64,000 nucleotides of DNA from Candidatus Caccoplasma sp. (GCA_045587545.1 JAZNCN010000028.1:79045-143044), one strand, 5' to 3'; shown: positions 1-13,262, counted from the stretch's first letter. The notes: generated by a model from the sequence alone, not told the origin. Numbers and translations: made by a program.

Positions 1-152
1 GTAGGGATTTTGTTTTGATACTCTATAGTTTTGGCAATATCTATAAAATTTAAATTTATAGTTATTGCTTATTTTTTAGCCTAAGGTCAAATCGACACTC
101 TATAATCAACCTCATTTTAGTTATTGTCATACAAACTTTATTATTTTTTTGT

Positions 153-980
153 ATGAACAAATATGTAACATGCTTAACCATTGCAGGTTCAGATAGTAGT
201 GGAGGTGCAGGTATTCAAGCAGATCTAAAGACAATGTCTGCGATAGGAGTATATGGTATGAGTGCTATTACAGCAATTACATCACAAAACACCACTACTG
301 TAAATGATATTTTTGCCATATCACCACAAATAGTTGAGTCGCAAATTTCAACAGTGTTAGATGATATTGAATGTAATGCTGTAAAGATAGGAATGATATA
401 TCTTCCTGAAAATGCACAAATTATAGCTAATACACTTTTAAAATATAAAATTACGAATATTATTCTTGACCCTGTACTAATTTCAACAACACAATTTAAG
501 CTAAGCAAAGATAAGGTTGTTGATACTATTAAAGAGGCACTTCTTCCAATATGCTCATTAGTTACTCCTAATATCGATGAAGCTTCTGAATTTACCGGTA
601 TTAAAATTAAGAACAAAAATGATATATGTTCAGCAGCAAGAGAGTTTATCGAAATGGGAGCAAAAGCAGTACTTATTAAAGGCGGGCATAATATTAAATC
701 AACATATGCATATGATTACCTTTTGACAAATAGAGGATATGAACAATGGTACAGAGGCAAAGCTATTGAAACAAATAATCTACACGGAACAGGTTGCTCT
801 CTATCATCAGCAATTGCATCGTATATAGCACAAGGGTTCCCTCTTCAGCAAGCAATTGCTAAAGCCAAATTATACATTAGTAAAGCTATAAATTATGGTT
901 CAGATACAATTATAGGTAAAGGAACCGGTCCTATAAATCACTTTTTCTTACCCCAAAAACTTATAAAAATAAAATTATGA
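153..980 (+). CDS. thiD: hydroxymethylpyrimidine/phosphomethylpyrimidine kinase ThiD
   Basis: 275-aa ORF. N-terminal LTIAGSDSSGGAGIQADLKT and C-terminal GTGCSLSSAIA motifs are typical of ThiD (ribokinase fold). It is the first gene of the thi cluster. Confidence 0.9.
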   Translation: MNKYVTCLTIAGSDSSGGAGIQADLKTMSAIGVYGMSAITAITSQNTTTVNDIFAISPQIVESQISTVLDDIECNAVKIGMIYLPENAQIIANTLLKYKITNIILDPVLISTTQFKLSKDKVVDTIKEALLPICSLVTPNIDEASEFTGIKIKNKNDICSAAREFIEMGAKAVLIKGGHNIKSTYAYDYLLTNRGYEQWYRGKAIETNNLHGTGCSLSSAIASYIAQGFPLQQAIAKAKLYISKAINYGSDTIIGKGTGPINHFFLPQKLIKIKL

Positions 981-1180
981 AGATAATATTAAACAAAGAG
1001 AATTTTGAATTAGAAGAAAATACATCTCTGTCGGAACTTTTGAATAGTGCTAATATTAATGTATTTAACGGTATTGCTATTGCTGTAAATAACTCAGTAG
1101 TAAGAAGAGATAATTGGAATAACACAATACTTAAAGATGGTGATAAAGTAACTATTATTAAAGCTGTTTGTGGCGGATAA
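977..1180 (+). CDS. thiS: sulfur-carrier protein ThiS
   Basis: 67-aa ORF ending in the diglycine ...AVCGG. ATGA start/stop overlap with thiD. Sits in the thi operon. Confidence 0.85.
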   Translation: MKIILNKENFELEENTSLSELLNSANINVFNGIAIAVNNSVVRRDNWNNTILKDGDKVTIIKAVCGG

Positions 1181-1188
1181 GAATGTGT

Positions 1189-1779
1189 ATGAAAACTATT
1201 ATTATAACCGAAGAAAGACCTCTTAAAAATGAATTTGAATATATTGAAGCAATACTTAATGAAGGTATTGATAATATACAAATACGCAAACCATTATTAT
1301 CTGATAATTATATTAGAGTAATACTTGATAATATAAAAGAGGAATATCATAGTAAACTAATTCTTAACGGAAAGTTTTCATTAGTCGATACATACAAAAA
1401 TATAGGTGGTATTCACACAAACAGCCACAACAAAATTATACCTCAAAATTTCAAAGGGATTAAGGGCTACTCGTGCCACACATTAAAGGAGATTGAGAGT
1501 AAAAAAGAGATATTTGACTATTTATTTTTAAGTCCAATATATGACAGCATTTCAAAAGAGGGCTACAAAGCTAAATTCTCTTTTACAGAACTTAAAAATG
1601 CTACTGAAAAAGGTATTGTTTCAGAGAAAGTGTATGCCCTTGGAGGAATTACACCCGATAAAATTACTCAAATTAAGGAATTAGGATTTGGTGGAGTTGT
1701 TTTTATGGGATATATATGGAATTCAAAGGATATTAACGAAATAATAAAAAAAATCAAACTCATTAAATCATATGTATAA
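1189..1779 (+). CDS. thiamine-phosphate synthase-like protein (ThiE/TenI paralog)
   Basis: ThiE/TenI-like TIM-barrel C-terminus (YALGGITPDKI...GFGGVVFMG). The ORF-track start at 1168 overlaps thiS, so the ATG at 1189 (MKTIIITEE) is preferred. The start is uncertain. Confidence 0.65.
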   Translation: MKTIIITEERPLKNEFEYIEAILNEGIDNIQIRKPLLSDNYIRVILDNIKEEYHSKLILNGKFSLVDTYKNIGGIHTNSHNKIIPQNFKGIKGYSCHTLKEIESKKEIFDYLFLSPIYDSISKEGYKAKFSFTELKNATEKGIVSEKVYALGGITPDKITQIKELGFGGVVFMGYIWNSKDINEIIKKIKLIKSYV

Positions 1780-2388
1780 TGTTACAATTCATAACTAATA
1801 AAACAGATAGATATAACCATATAGAAGGGGCAAAACTTGCTCTTGAAGGCGGCTGTAAATGGATTCAGTTGAGAATGAAGAATTACCCAAAGAGTGACAT
1901 AATTGAGATTGCCAATGAGATAAATAAATTATGCAAACAATACAATGCCATTCTTATAATTGATGACTACCCTGATATTGCAATGGAAGTAAAGGCCGAC
2001 GGAGTACATCTCGGGAAAAAAGATATGAATCCTATTGAAGCAAGGAATCTTATGGGCGAGGAATATATTATTGGAGGTACAGCAAATAGTTTTGATGATA
2101 TTCGTCTGCTTGTAGCTGAAAACGTTGATTATATAGGATTGGGGCCATACCGCTTTACAAAAACAAAAGAGAATCTATCCCCTATCTTAGGCATTAAAGG
2201 TTATGAAGATATAATTAACAAGTGTAAAGAATATAATTATAAAACTCCAATAGTAGCAATCGGTGGCATAGAAATAGAGGATATACCATCACTTGTTAAA
2301 ATGGGAGTAAACGGAGTGGCAATATCCGGCTACATTTTAAATAATGAAAATCCTACTCTAATAACTGAAAAAATAATAGATACATTAT

Positions 2389-2405
<17 letters not shown>
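1779..2405 (+). CDS. thiE: thiamine-phosphate synthase ThiE
   Basis: 208-aa ORF with ThiE-like features ([21 protein letters not shown]). Directly follows the paralog, with its start abutting the paralog's stop. Confidence 0.85.
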
Positions 2406-4925
<2,520 letters not shown>

Positions 4926-4926
4926 T

Positions 4927-6048
4927 ATGATTATGTTTAGTGAAGAGATAGATAAATATAGTTGGGAATCAATAAGTTCAAAGATATATTCAAAAACCAA
5001 TTATGACGTTGAGCGAGCTTTATCAAAAGATAAGATTGATATTGAAGATTTTATGGCTTTAGTGTCGCCTGCCGCCGAAAAGTATATTGAACCTATGGCG
5101 CAACGGAGCCAACACTATACTCAAGAGCGATTTGGCAAAACTATTCAAATGTATATACCTCTATATTTAACAAACTCATGCACAAATCATTGTGTATATT
5201 GTGGGTTTCAGCATAACAACCCTATTAAGAGAGTAATTTTAAACATAGAGGAGATTGAAGAGGAGTGTAAAGCAATTAAGGCATTAGCCCCATTTGATAA
5301 TATACTGCTTGTTACCGGAGAAAACCCAAGAGATGCAGGAGTTGAGTACCTTAATGAAGCTATTAAAATAGCAAGAAAATACTTTACAAATATATCAATA
5401 GAAGTAATGCCTATGAAAAGCGAAGAGTATTCTCTTTTAGCAAAAAACGGCCTAAACGGAGTTGTATGTTTTCAAGAGACTTACAATCGTAACAGATATA
5501 AAATATATCACCCAAAAGGTATGAAATCGAACTTTGAGTGGCGTCTTAATGGCTTTGACAGAATGGGTGAAGCAAAACTTCATAAAATAGGGTTAGGAGT
5601 TCTTATAGGGCTGGAAGATTGGAGAACAGATGTAACAATGATGGCTATACACCTAACTTATTTGAAAAAACATTACTGGCAAACAAAATATAGTGTTAAT
5701 TTTCCGAGGATACGACCCTCTAAGGGTGGATTTCAGCCAAATGTTGTAATGAGTAACAAACAACTTGCACAACTTATTTTTGCATACAGAATTTTTGATA
5801 AAGATTTAGATATATCTATTTCAACTCGCGAAGAGGTTAAATTCAGAGACAACATTCTTAAGTTGGGAGCAACATCATTTAGTGCAGGCTCAAAAACAGA
5901 ACCCGGCGGATATAAAACCCACCCTCAAGCATTAGAGCAGTTTGAGGTGAGCGACCAACGCACTCCGTCAGAAGTTGAAATGAGTATAAGAGCAAGAGGT
6001 TATGAAGTAGTCTGGAAAGATTGGGACAGAGCATTTGATACAATATGA
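4927..6048 (+). CDS. thiH: 2-iminoacetate synthase ThiH (radical SAM tyrosine lyase)
   Basis: 373-aa ORF with the radical-SAM CxxxCxxC motif (CTNHCVYCGF). Sits in the thi operon. Confidence 0.9.
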   Translation: MIMFSEEIDKYSWESISSKIYSKTNYDVERALSKDKIDIEDFMALVSPAAEKYIEPMAQRSQHYTQERFGKTIQMYIPLYLTNSCTNHCVYCGFQHNNPIKRVILNIEEIEEECKAIKALAPFDNILLVTGENPRDAGVEYLNEAIKIARKYFTNISIEVMPMKSEEYSLLAKNGLNGVVCFQETYNRNRYKIYHPKGMKSNFEWRLNGFDRMGEAKLHKIGLGVLIGLEDWRTDVTMMAIHLTYLKKHYWQTKYSVNFPRIRPSKGGFQPNVVMSNKQLAQLIFAYRIFDKDLDISISTREEVKFRDNILKLGATSFSAGSKTEPGGYKTHPQALEQFEVSDQRTPSEVEMSIRARGYEVVWKDWDRAFDTI

Positions 6049-6737
6049 ACAGATATAGCCGACAAATAATGTTACCCGAAATTGGTAACGATGGGCAGAA
6101 GAAAATTTCAGAAGCATCAGTTTTAATTATTGGTGTAGGCGGATTAGGTTCTCCTATATCAATATATTTGGCTGCTGCAGGAGTAGGAAAAATTGGGTTA
6201 GTTGATAATGATACCGTATCAGAAAGTAATCTACAACGACAAATACTTTATAACAATTCGCATATAGGAAAGAAAAAAGTATATGTTGCAAAAGAACAAC
6301 TTAAAGCAATATCTCCTGATATAGATATTGAAATATACGATACCCTTTTTTCAACTGAAAACGGTTATGATATTGCAAAAGAGTACGATATAATTATTGA
6401 CGGTTGCGACAACAACGAAACACGCTATTTAATTGATAGCGTATCAAAAGAGTTGAATATCCCATACATTTATGGAGCAATATCAGAATTTAAAGGACAA
6501 GTATCAGTTTTTAACTATAATGGCGGTGTATCTTACTCCGATATTTATCCAAAATCAGAAAATATAAATAGCAATACAGACATTGGAGTTATTGGTGCAT
6601 TACCAGGTATTGTGGGAAGTATTCAAGCAATGGAAGCAATTAAAATTATTACTTCAACGGGTGAAGTATTACAAAATAAACTGCTCACTATTGATGCTCT
6701 CACAATGGATTTTACTATCTTTGAGGTAAACCTCTAA
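6045..6737 (+). CDS. thiF: ThiF/MoeB-family adenylyltransferase
   Basis: 230-aa ORF. RYSRQI...GVGGLGS nucleotide-binding loop of E1-like enzymes. ATGA overlap with thiH. Confidence 0.8.
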   Translation: MNRYSRQIMLPEIGNDGQKKISEASVLIIGVGGLGSPISIYLAAAGVGKIGLVDNDTVSESNLQRQILYNNSHIGKKKVYVAKEQLKAISPDIDIEIYDTLFSTENGYDIAKEYDIIIDGCDNNETRYLIDSVSKELNIPYIYGAISEFKGQVSVFNYNGGVSYSDIYPKSENINSNTDIGVIGALPGIVGSIQAMEAIKIITSTGEVLQNKLLTIDALTMDFTIFEVNL

Positions 6738-6831
6738 AATTTTTTGCACTCGCATTGATAAATATTCAAGCAAGTTTGATATTTCTCGCTCGTTTGTTAC
6801 TATCTTTGAGTTATAATTAAACATTGGTAAT

Positions 6832-7647
6832 ATGAAAAGAGGATTTATATTATTTCTTACACTTTTTGTTGTAACAGCACTGTACGCATCAAAAGTAGAC
6901 ACTATTGCAGTATATAGCAACGTAATGGCGAGAGATTTAAAATGCGTAGTTATAACTCCTGATGATTGTAGTAAAAATTACCCAACAATATATCTGCTCC
7001 ATGGACATGGAGGATATTATGGTTCGTGGCCAATAATCAAACCTGAACTTAAAGAGATATCGGACCTATACGGAATGATATTTGTATGCCCCGATGGAGA
7101 GAAAAGTTGGTATTGGGATAGCCCTGTTTGCGATACAATACAATTTGAAACATATATAACAAAAGAGCTTGTACCTTACATTGACAATAACTACCCCACT
7201 CTAAAAAGCAGAGAATCGAGAGCAATTACCGGGTTAAGTATGGGCGGACAAGGAGCAATGTATCTTGCAATACGTCATCTTGATATATTTGGTGTTGCAG
7301 GCTCAACAAGCGGTGGCGTAGATATAAGAGATTTCCCTGAAAGTTGGAATATGAACGAACTATTAGGAGAGAAACGCAAAAACAAAAAAAGATGGAACGA
7401 GTTTGCTATTTATAACCAAATAGAGAAGTTAAACGACGGAGATTTAAAAATAATCATTGATTGCGGAACAGAAGATTTCTTCTTTAAAGTAAATAATAAT
7501 CTTCATAAAAAATTATTAAAGAGAGGCATAAAACACGACTATATCATTCGTCCCGGTGCTCACAACCTTGAATATTGGAATAACTCAATTGAGTATCAAC
7601 TTCTGTTTTTTAAAAACAATCTGCTATATCACGAATTAGTTCATTAA
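6832..7647 (+). CDS. esterase family protein (esterase D / putative-esterase fold)
   Basis: 271-aa ORF with a signal peptide, HGHGG and a GLSMGG nucleophile elbow. Confidence 0.7.
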   Translation: MKRGFILFLTLFVVTALYASKVDTIAVYSNVMARDLKCVVITPDDCSKNYPTIYLLHGHGGYYGSWPIIKPELKEISDLYGMIFVCPDGEKSWYWDSPVCDTIQFETYITKELVPYIDNNYPTLKSRESRAITGLSMGGQGAMYLAIRHLDIFGVAGSTSGGVDIRDFPESWNMNELLGEKRKNKKRWNEFAIYNQIEKLNDGDLKIIIDCGTEDFFFKVNNNLHKKLLKRGIKHDYIIRPGAHNLEYWNNSIEYQLLFFKNNLLYHELVH

Positions 7648-8364
7648 TTGAAAAGGATAATTACCATATTAACAGCTCTCTTTGCCATATTCTCAACGAG
7701 TATTGCACAAGATAAACTATCTTTAAATATAGGAGCAGGATTTGTAAGCAAATATATTATCCGAGGAGTTGAATATGGTAAAGGTTCATTTCAACCTGAT
7801 ATTACATTTTCTTATAAAGGAGCTTTTTTAAATGGTTGGGCATATATCCCTTTTGACAACAACAACTTTAAAGAGTTGGATTTAACATTGGGATACTATA
7901 ACAAAGGCTTTACAGTCTCGGTAGTAGATTATATATCATTCTATCCCGAGAATATGGTTGAAGATAATAGTTTTACAAACTTTAACGATAATCATCAAAT
8001 TGAGATTCATGCAGGATATAGTCGCAAATTCTTTGCGTTTAAGTGGTTTACAACTGTAGCCGGATATGACGGAGTAAACAGTAAAGGAGAGAGAGCATAC
8101 ACTTCATATATGAGTGTGGGAGTACCAATAAACCTACCCAAGTTTGATATAGCGTTTGAGATTGGAGCAACCCCCTACTCTACATCATCTTTTCAAACCA
8201 ATAAATTTGCTGTTGTCGATTTAAATATGAAACTCTCAAAAGATATATTTATAAACAAATATATATCAATACCTATATTTGCACAATTAGGAGTTAACCC
8301 CCACTATAAAGATCCTTACTTAGTTCTTGGTGTAAGATTATCTTGCAACCCCTTGAGTAAATAA
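7648..8364 (+). CDS. putative outer-membrane beta-barrel protein (TorF/Gcw_chp-like)
   Basis: 238-aa ORF. TTG start immediately after the esterase stop. Good signal peptide (MKRIITILTALFAIFSTSIAQ). Alternating aromatic-rich strands. The family assignment is tentative. Confidence 0.45.
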   Translation: MKRIITILTALFAIFSTSIAQDKLSLNIGAGFVSKYIIRGVEYGKGSFQPDITFSYKGAFLNGWAYIPFDNNNFKELDLTLGYYNKGFTVSVVDYISFYPENMVEDNSFTNFNDNHQIEIHAGYSRKFFAFKWFTTVAGYDGVNSKGERAYTSYMSVGVPINLPKFDIAFEIGATPYSTSSFQTNKFAVVDLNMKLSKDIFINKYISIPIFAQLGVNPHYKDPYLVLGVRLSCNPLSK

Positions 8365-8696
8365 TGTATAAGCCTATTAAGGTCTAAGAGACTGAAAGGC
8401 ATATATACATAATAGAGAAGATAAATAATGTATTTTTTTGTAAATAACTAATTTATACAAATCTTTTTGTATAAAAGAGAAAAAACTACAATAATAGTTT
8501 AAGTTAGGCGGAATTATTTAGGAATATTCAACATAAATAATTAATTTCGCAATGTCCCACGCTGAAAGGCTCTTTTTACAAGAGAGGTTGGGTGGGACAA
8601 GACATATTAAAAAGTATATTTATAACTCCTTGACAGATTTAAAGAATCTTAGTCGAATTATAGCAATCATTAAAGAATCCCTTGTTTTTATAAATT

Positions 8697-11600
8697 ATGG
8701 ATAAAAATGAGTGTAGAATATATTATACTACAACTAATAATAAGATTATCAATTTTGAACATGCTGAAATTGATGCTAAGATTATTTCACACATATATAA
8801 AGATAAAGGAGTAATTACCTTTGATAAACCAATTACTAAGATTCCTCATAGTGCTTTCTCTAGGTGTTCTACATTTACTAGTATTGAAATTCCTAATAGT
8901 GTAACTAGCATTGAAAATTCTGCATTTGAGTATTGCTCTGAACTTACAAGCGTTGAGATACCTGATGGTGTAAAAAGTATTGGTTGGTGGGCGTTCTTTA
9001 AATGTTCTAAACTTACAAATGTTGAGATTCCTAATAGTGTAACTAGCATTGGCAATGCTGCTTTTTTGTGTTGCTCTGGACTTACAAATGTTGAGATTCC
9101 TCAGGGTGTGAAAAGTATTGGCAAACGTGCCTTTGCAAAATGCTCTAAACTTAAAAGTATTATTATTTCTAAAAGTGTAGAGGAAATTGGAAATTATGTT
9201 CTTTCAGAGTGTACTGAACTTGAAAATATAATTATAAACACAGAAAATAAGAAATATGATTCCCGAGGGGATTGTAATGCCATAATAGATACAACGAATA
9301 ATATTCTTATTGCAGGATGTAAAAATACAATTATTCCTGATAATATTACGGAAATAGGAGAGCATGCATTTGAATTCTGTAAATTAAAAACAATAGTAAT
9401 TCCAAAAGGTGTTACAAAAATAGGGGATGGAGCATTTTTTTGTTGTGAATCTCTTAAAACTTTAGAGTTACCTCTTGGTATAAATGAAATAGGATTGAGT
9501 GCTTTTGAAAATTGTTCAGCTCTTGAAAGAATTATCATTCCTAATAGTGTGACTAAAATAGGAGATAGAGCATTTGCATTTTGTAAATCTTTAACTCAAT
9601 TTGATGGTAATCTTGCTCTTGGAGACAAAAGATGTTTAGTTATAGACGGGACTTTAGTTGCATTTGCAGCTGCAGGAGTTTCTGATTATATTTTTCCAAA
9701 AGAAATTTCTTCTTATAATCGAACTGTTTTTTATAATAATAAACTTAAGACCTTAAGAAAAACATTAGATGTTTCGATTGGAAAAGGAAATGATTCGCAC
9801 CAACAAACAAAAGTCAAAGGTTCCAATAATATACACACCAAAACATGTATTCCAATATGTAACAATAACTCAATTATAGATGATTATTTTCAGCAAATTT
9901 CATCTATTGCAAAAGAGGAAGAAAAATGCAAATGGATTAAATCAGGAACAAATGTAACAATTCAAGGATTAACTTTATCACGAGGTAATTTTTACCTAGG
10001 TAATTATTATAAAGTTAATGAATGTCCTAATGGAATCAAATACTCATCGAAAGATAAAATTATCTTATGGGCAACTATAAATCCTGAGCTTTCAATTTTA
10101 AAAGGAACTTTCCGAAAAGAAGAATATTTCCTTTCTTATTATGATTTATCTCCAGAAGGTCGTTTTATATATTTGTCTTGGTTAGCTAATTTAATTCTAA
10201 CAAAAGATGTACCTCATGATATTTTACTATTGCATATTTGTGGAATACAACTACGCTTGTTTTTAGATATTGAATCCTCTATAGAAGAAAAAGAAGATTT
10301 AATAAATTATTTAATTAACTTGAAATCAGAATTATCTGAAAAGTCTAGAATAGCATATTACATTGATGAAGTAATAGATATATCATTAGCTAAATTCTTT
10401 TTGGGTCAAGCAAATAGGTTTTCTATTGAAAGTTTTAATTTCTTTAAAACTCATAAATATATTGATACTACAATCTTTTCTAAAGATAGTAATGATTGTT
10501 TTAATTCTGATGTAATTTTTGATATATATGCTGATTTGTACTCTAATAGTCCTTTAGCTAAATGTAAAAATTGGTTTACTTTATTTTTTGAAAAAAATAA
10601 AAAATATTATAAGTCATTAGATTCAAGGTGCAAATATAAAGAAGTAGTTCAAATACCTAATGTTTTACCTTCTAATTCATATTTGTATATTCAAAAAGAT
10701 TATAACTTTTGTCTCTTTGAAACAATTAATTACTCACAATATGTTATTGAATTAATAGAGAAATATTTTAAGAAATATAATGGAGATTTTTTGTCATTTA
10801 AACAAATATATCCATATACTATAAACCAAAATTCTCCGTTGGTTTATTTTTCACTTCCTAAATATATAACAGAGAATGAATCTCAAATTTTATCAAATTT
10901 TAAAGATAGTCTTGAATCTATTGTAAATTGCAAAGCTAATGTAGTTAATTACGATACTATAGCAGAATTGTTTGGAATTAAATGTAATGAGGATTTTTTA
11001 ACAAGACCTGTTATAGAATGTATTATATCCGGTTTGAGAAATTTAGGATATGGTATAGTTCCTAATATTAAAGTTTCTTGTGAAGACTTAATTAAAACTA
11101 AAGAATCATGTGTCATATATAAATACCCTAAGTCTTTGAAACTTAGCATAGACCAAGAATTTAAATATGCAGAAATTCTATGTAAATTATTAGCAATAAT
11201 AATGCAAGGTACTGATGTAAATAATCAAGAATTGGACGCAGTTTATGAGAATTTCACAAAATTAACTAATAATAAACATAATATTATATATTTATATTCT
11301 TATTTTCTATGGCTTTCACAAAGAAAGAATGTTTTAAATAAGAGTATAAAACAAGAATTGTCAACACTTGCAAGGTTTTATAAAAAAATTTTTATACAAG
11401 TTATATTAAATGTCATAACTACTTCTGATTTTGTTAATGAAAAAAGAATTTTAGCACTAAATAAACTAATTCCATTCTTAGATGAAAATATAGAATCAGT
11501 ACATTCTTTAATACATAAGTCTCTAGTTGGTGATTTTGATTCTGTTGTAACTGATAAATCCGATAATAAATCAGTTAGTATAAGTCAAGATATTGAACTT

Positions 11601-11930
11601 GATAGTAATAAGTTAAATACATTTAGAGAACAAACAAACGAAAGTCATTTACTGCTGTCTAAAATATTTGCCATAGATAACGAAGAAGAGTATTCGGAAA
11701 GTCAAAATTCTAGTATAAACATAACGAAGGAGATTCTTATAAAGATGTTAGAAAAGGATGTGTGGAATTATAACGATTTTTCACAATTATGTCATAACTA
11801 CGAAGTTTTACCCGGTTCAATACTTGAGCAAATTAATGATTATGCATATGAAATTGTTGATGATGTCATTGCAGAAGAAATAGATGATAAAATATATATT
11901 AATACAGAGTATAAAGATAAACTTATATGA
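8697..11930 (+). CDS. sngA: BspA-type LRR / TerB-N / TerB-like / TerB-C fusion protein (SngA-like component of a Shango-type cassette)
   Basis: 1077-aa uninterrupted ORF with no signal peptide. About aa 47-345 hold roughly 12 repeats of about 23 aa of the IPNSVTSIGNxAFxxCSxLTxV type (BspA LRR). About aa 410-525 look TerB-N-like (KWIKSGTNVTIQGLTLSRGNFYLG, YYDLSPEGRFIYLSWLAN). The C-terminus looks TerB-C-like (ELDSNKLNTFREQTNESHLLLSKIF, LPGSILEQINDYAYE). Confidence 0.75.
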   Translation: MDKNECRIYYTTTNNKIINFEHAEIDAKIISHIYKDKGVITFDKPITKIPHSAFSRCSTFTSIEIPNSVTSIENSAFEYCSELTSVEIPDGVKSIGWWAFFKCSKLTNVEIPNSVTSIGNAAFLCCSGLTNVEIPQGVKSIGKRAFAKCSKLKSIIISKSVEEIGNYVLSECTELENIIINTENKKYDSRGDCNAIIDTTNNILIAGCKNTIIPDNITEIGEHAFEFCKLKTIVIPKGVTKIGDGAFFCCESLKTLELPLGINEIGLSAFENCSALERIIIPNSVTKIGDRAFAFCKSLTQFDGNLALGDKRCLVIDGTLVAFAAAGVSDYIFPKEISSYNRTVFYNNKLKTLRKTLDVSIGKGNDSHQQTKVKGSNNIHTKTCIPICNNNSIIDDYFQQISSIAKEEEKCKWIKSGTNVTIQGLTLSRGNFYLGNYYKVNECPNGIKYSSKDKIILWATINPELSILKGTFRKEEYFLSYYDLSPEGRFIYLSWLANLILTKDVPHDILLLHICGIQLRLFLDIESSIEEKEDLINYLINLKSELSEKSRIAYYIDEVIDISLAKFFLGQANRFSIESFNFFKTHKYIDTTIFSKDSNDCFNSDVIFDIYADLYSNSPLAKCKNWFTLFFEKNKKYYKSLDSRCKYKEVVQIPNVLPSNSYLYIQKDYNFCLFETINYSQYVIELIEKYFKKYNGDFLSFKQIYPYTINQNSPLVYFSLPKYITENESQILSNFKDSLESIVNCKANVVNYDTIAELFGIKCNEDFLTRPVIECIISGLRNLGYGIVPNIKVSCEDLIKTKESCVIYKYPKSLKLSIDQEFKYAEILCKLLAIIMQGTDVNNQELDAVYENFTKLTNNKHNIIYLYSYFLWLSQRKNVLNKSIKQELSTLARFYKKIFIQVILNVITTSDFVNEKRILALNKLIPFLDENIESVHSLIHKSLVGDFDSVVTDKSDNKSVSISQDIELDSNKLNTFREQTNESHLLLSKIFAIDNEEEYSESQNSSINITKEILIKMLEKDVWNYNDFSQLCHNYEVLPGSILEQINDYAYEIVDDVIAEEIDDKIYINTEYKDKLI

Positions 11931-13252
11931 ATAAACCAATTAAACCAAAAGAACGAGAAACAATAATACAATCATTGAGAAGTGGTGTCGTTCCAAGAAT
12001 GGGATTACAACATATTCAAGTAGGACGTAGTAATGAGTTAAAATCATTTATTAAAGATATCGATATAATATCAGAGGGTGGTTCTTCTTTTCGATTTGTA
12101 ATTGGAGAGTATGGTTCAGGTAAAACATTCTTCCTGTCTTTAGTTAGGAGTATTGCTTTAGAAAAAGGACTAGTAACAATACATGCGGATTTATCCCCAA
12201 CAAAACGATTCTATGGTTCGGATGGTAAATCTAGACTGTTATTGTCAGATATGATTGGTAATTTATCTACTCGGACAAAACAAGACGGAAATGCTCTTCG
12301 AAATATTCTTGAGAAATTTATATCTATTGCTAAAGAAGAGGCAATTTCAAAAAATAAAACTGTATCATCCATAATTTCTAATAAACTTAGCGAACTTAAC
12401 GAATATACAGGTGGATATAATTTTATCTCTGTTATAAAAAAATTCTATGAAGCTTTAGAATCAGGAAATGATGAGTTAAAAGATTGTGCTATAAATTGGC
12501 TTAAGGCTGGATATACAACTAAGTCAGAAGCATATAAAGATTTAGGGGTTAAAAGTTTTATTGATGATAGTTCATTTTTTGATACCCTTATTTTGTATTC
12601 TGTTTTAGTAAAAAAAGCAGGATATAAAGGATTACTTATTTGTATTGATGAAATGGTAAATTTGTACAAAATTACTAATACGGTTTCTCGCAAGGCAAAT
12701 TATGAGATAATATTAACAATGTTAAACAATACTCTACAATGTTCTTTGTCAAATATTGGTTTTGTAATGTGTGGAACACCAGAATTTATGACTGATACAA
12801 ATAGAGGTCTATATAGTTATGAGGCTTTAAGATCTAGACTTGCAGAGAATAGCTTTTCAAGAAAACTAGGAGTTGTTGATTTTAATTCGATTGTGTTAAG
12901 ATTGGCAAGTCTTACTAAAGAAGAAATATATATTTTGCTATGTAACCTTAGACATGTTTTTGCAAGTGGGGTAGAAGAAAAATATTTAGTTCCTGATAAT
13001 GCTTTAATAGCATTTTTAAATCATTGTTCTAATAAAATCGGAGATAGCTATTTTAGGACACCTAGAACAACAATTAAAGGATTTATAGATTTGTTATCTA
13101 TTTTAGAACAATATCCAGAGTATGAATGGAATGATATTATTGATTCTGTAGAAGTTACAAAAGATATAGAACCTTCAATGATTGAATTAAATACTACTGA
13201 TGAATCTATGTCAAATTCAATAGATGACGAGTTTGCTAGTTTTAAGATATAA
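11927..13252 (+). CDS. sngB: DUF2791/BrxD-like P-loop ATPase (SngB-like)
   Basis: 441-aa ORF. ATGA overlap with the upstream gene. Walker A GEYGSGKTFF, Walker B LLICIDEM. The N-terminal RSGVVPRMGLQHIQVGR segment is typical of this ATPase family. Confidence 0.75.
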   Translation: MNKPIKPKERETIIQSLRSGVVPRMGLQHIQVGRSNELKSFIKDIDIISEGGSSFRFVIGEYGSGKTFFLSLVRSIALEKGLVTIHADLSPTKRFYGSDGKSRLLLSDMIGNLSTRTKQDGNALRNILEKFISIAKEEAISKNKTVSSIISNKLSELNEYTGGYNFISVIKKFYEALESGNDELKDCAINWLKAGYTTKSEAYKDLGVKSFIDDSSFFDTLILYSVLVKKAGYKGLLICIDEMVNLYKITNTVSRKANYEIILTMLNNTLQCSLSNIGFVMCGTPEFMTDTNRGLYSYEALRSRLAENSFSRKLGVVDFNSIVLRLASLTKEEIYILLCNLRHVFASGVEEKYLVPDNALIAFLNHCSNKIGDSYFRTPRTTIKGFIDLLSILEQYPEYEWNDIIDSVEVTKDIEPSMIELNTTDESMSNSIDDEFASFKI

Positions 13253-13262
13253 ATAAATCACA

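Noticed and set aside
1-152. Possible TPP riboswitch upstream of thiD. The window begins gtaggga, which resembles the 3' end of the TPP aptamer (..GCGUAGGGA).
   Set aside because: Only 7 nt of a possible aptamer are in the window. The rest of 1-152 shows no CUGAGA or ACCUGAUCUGGAUAAUGCCAGC elements, so it cannot be supported from this sequence.
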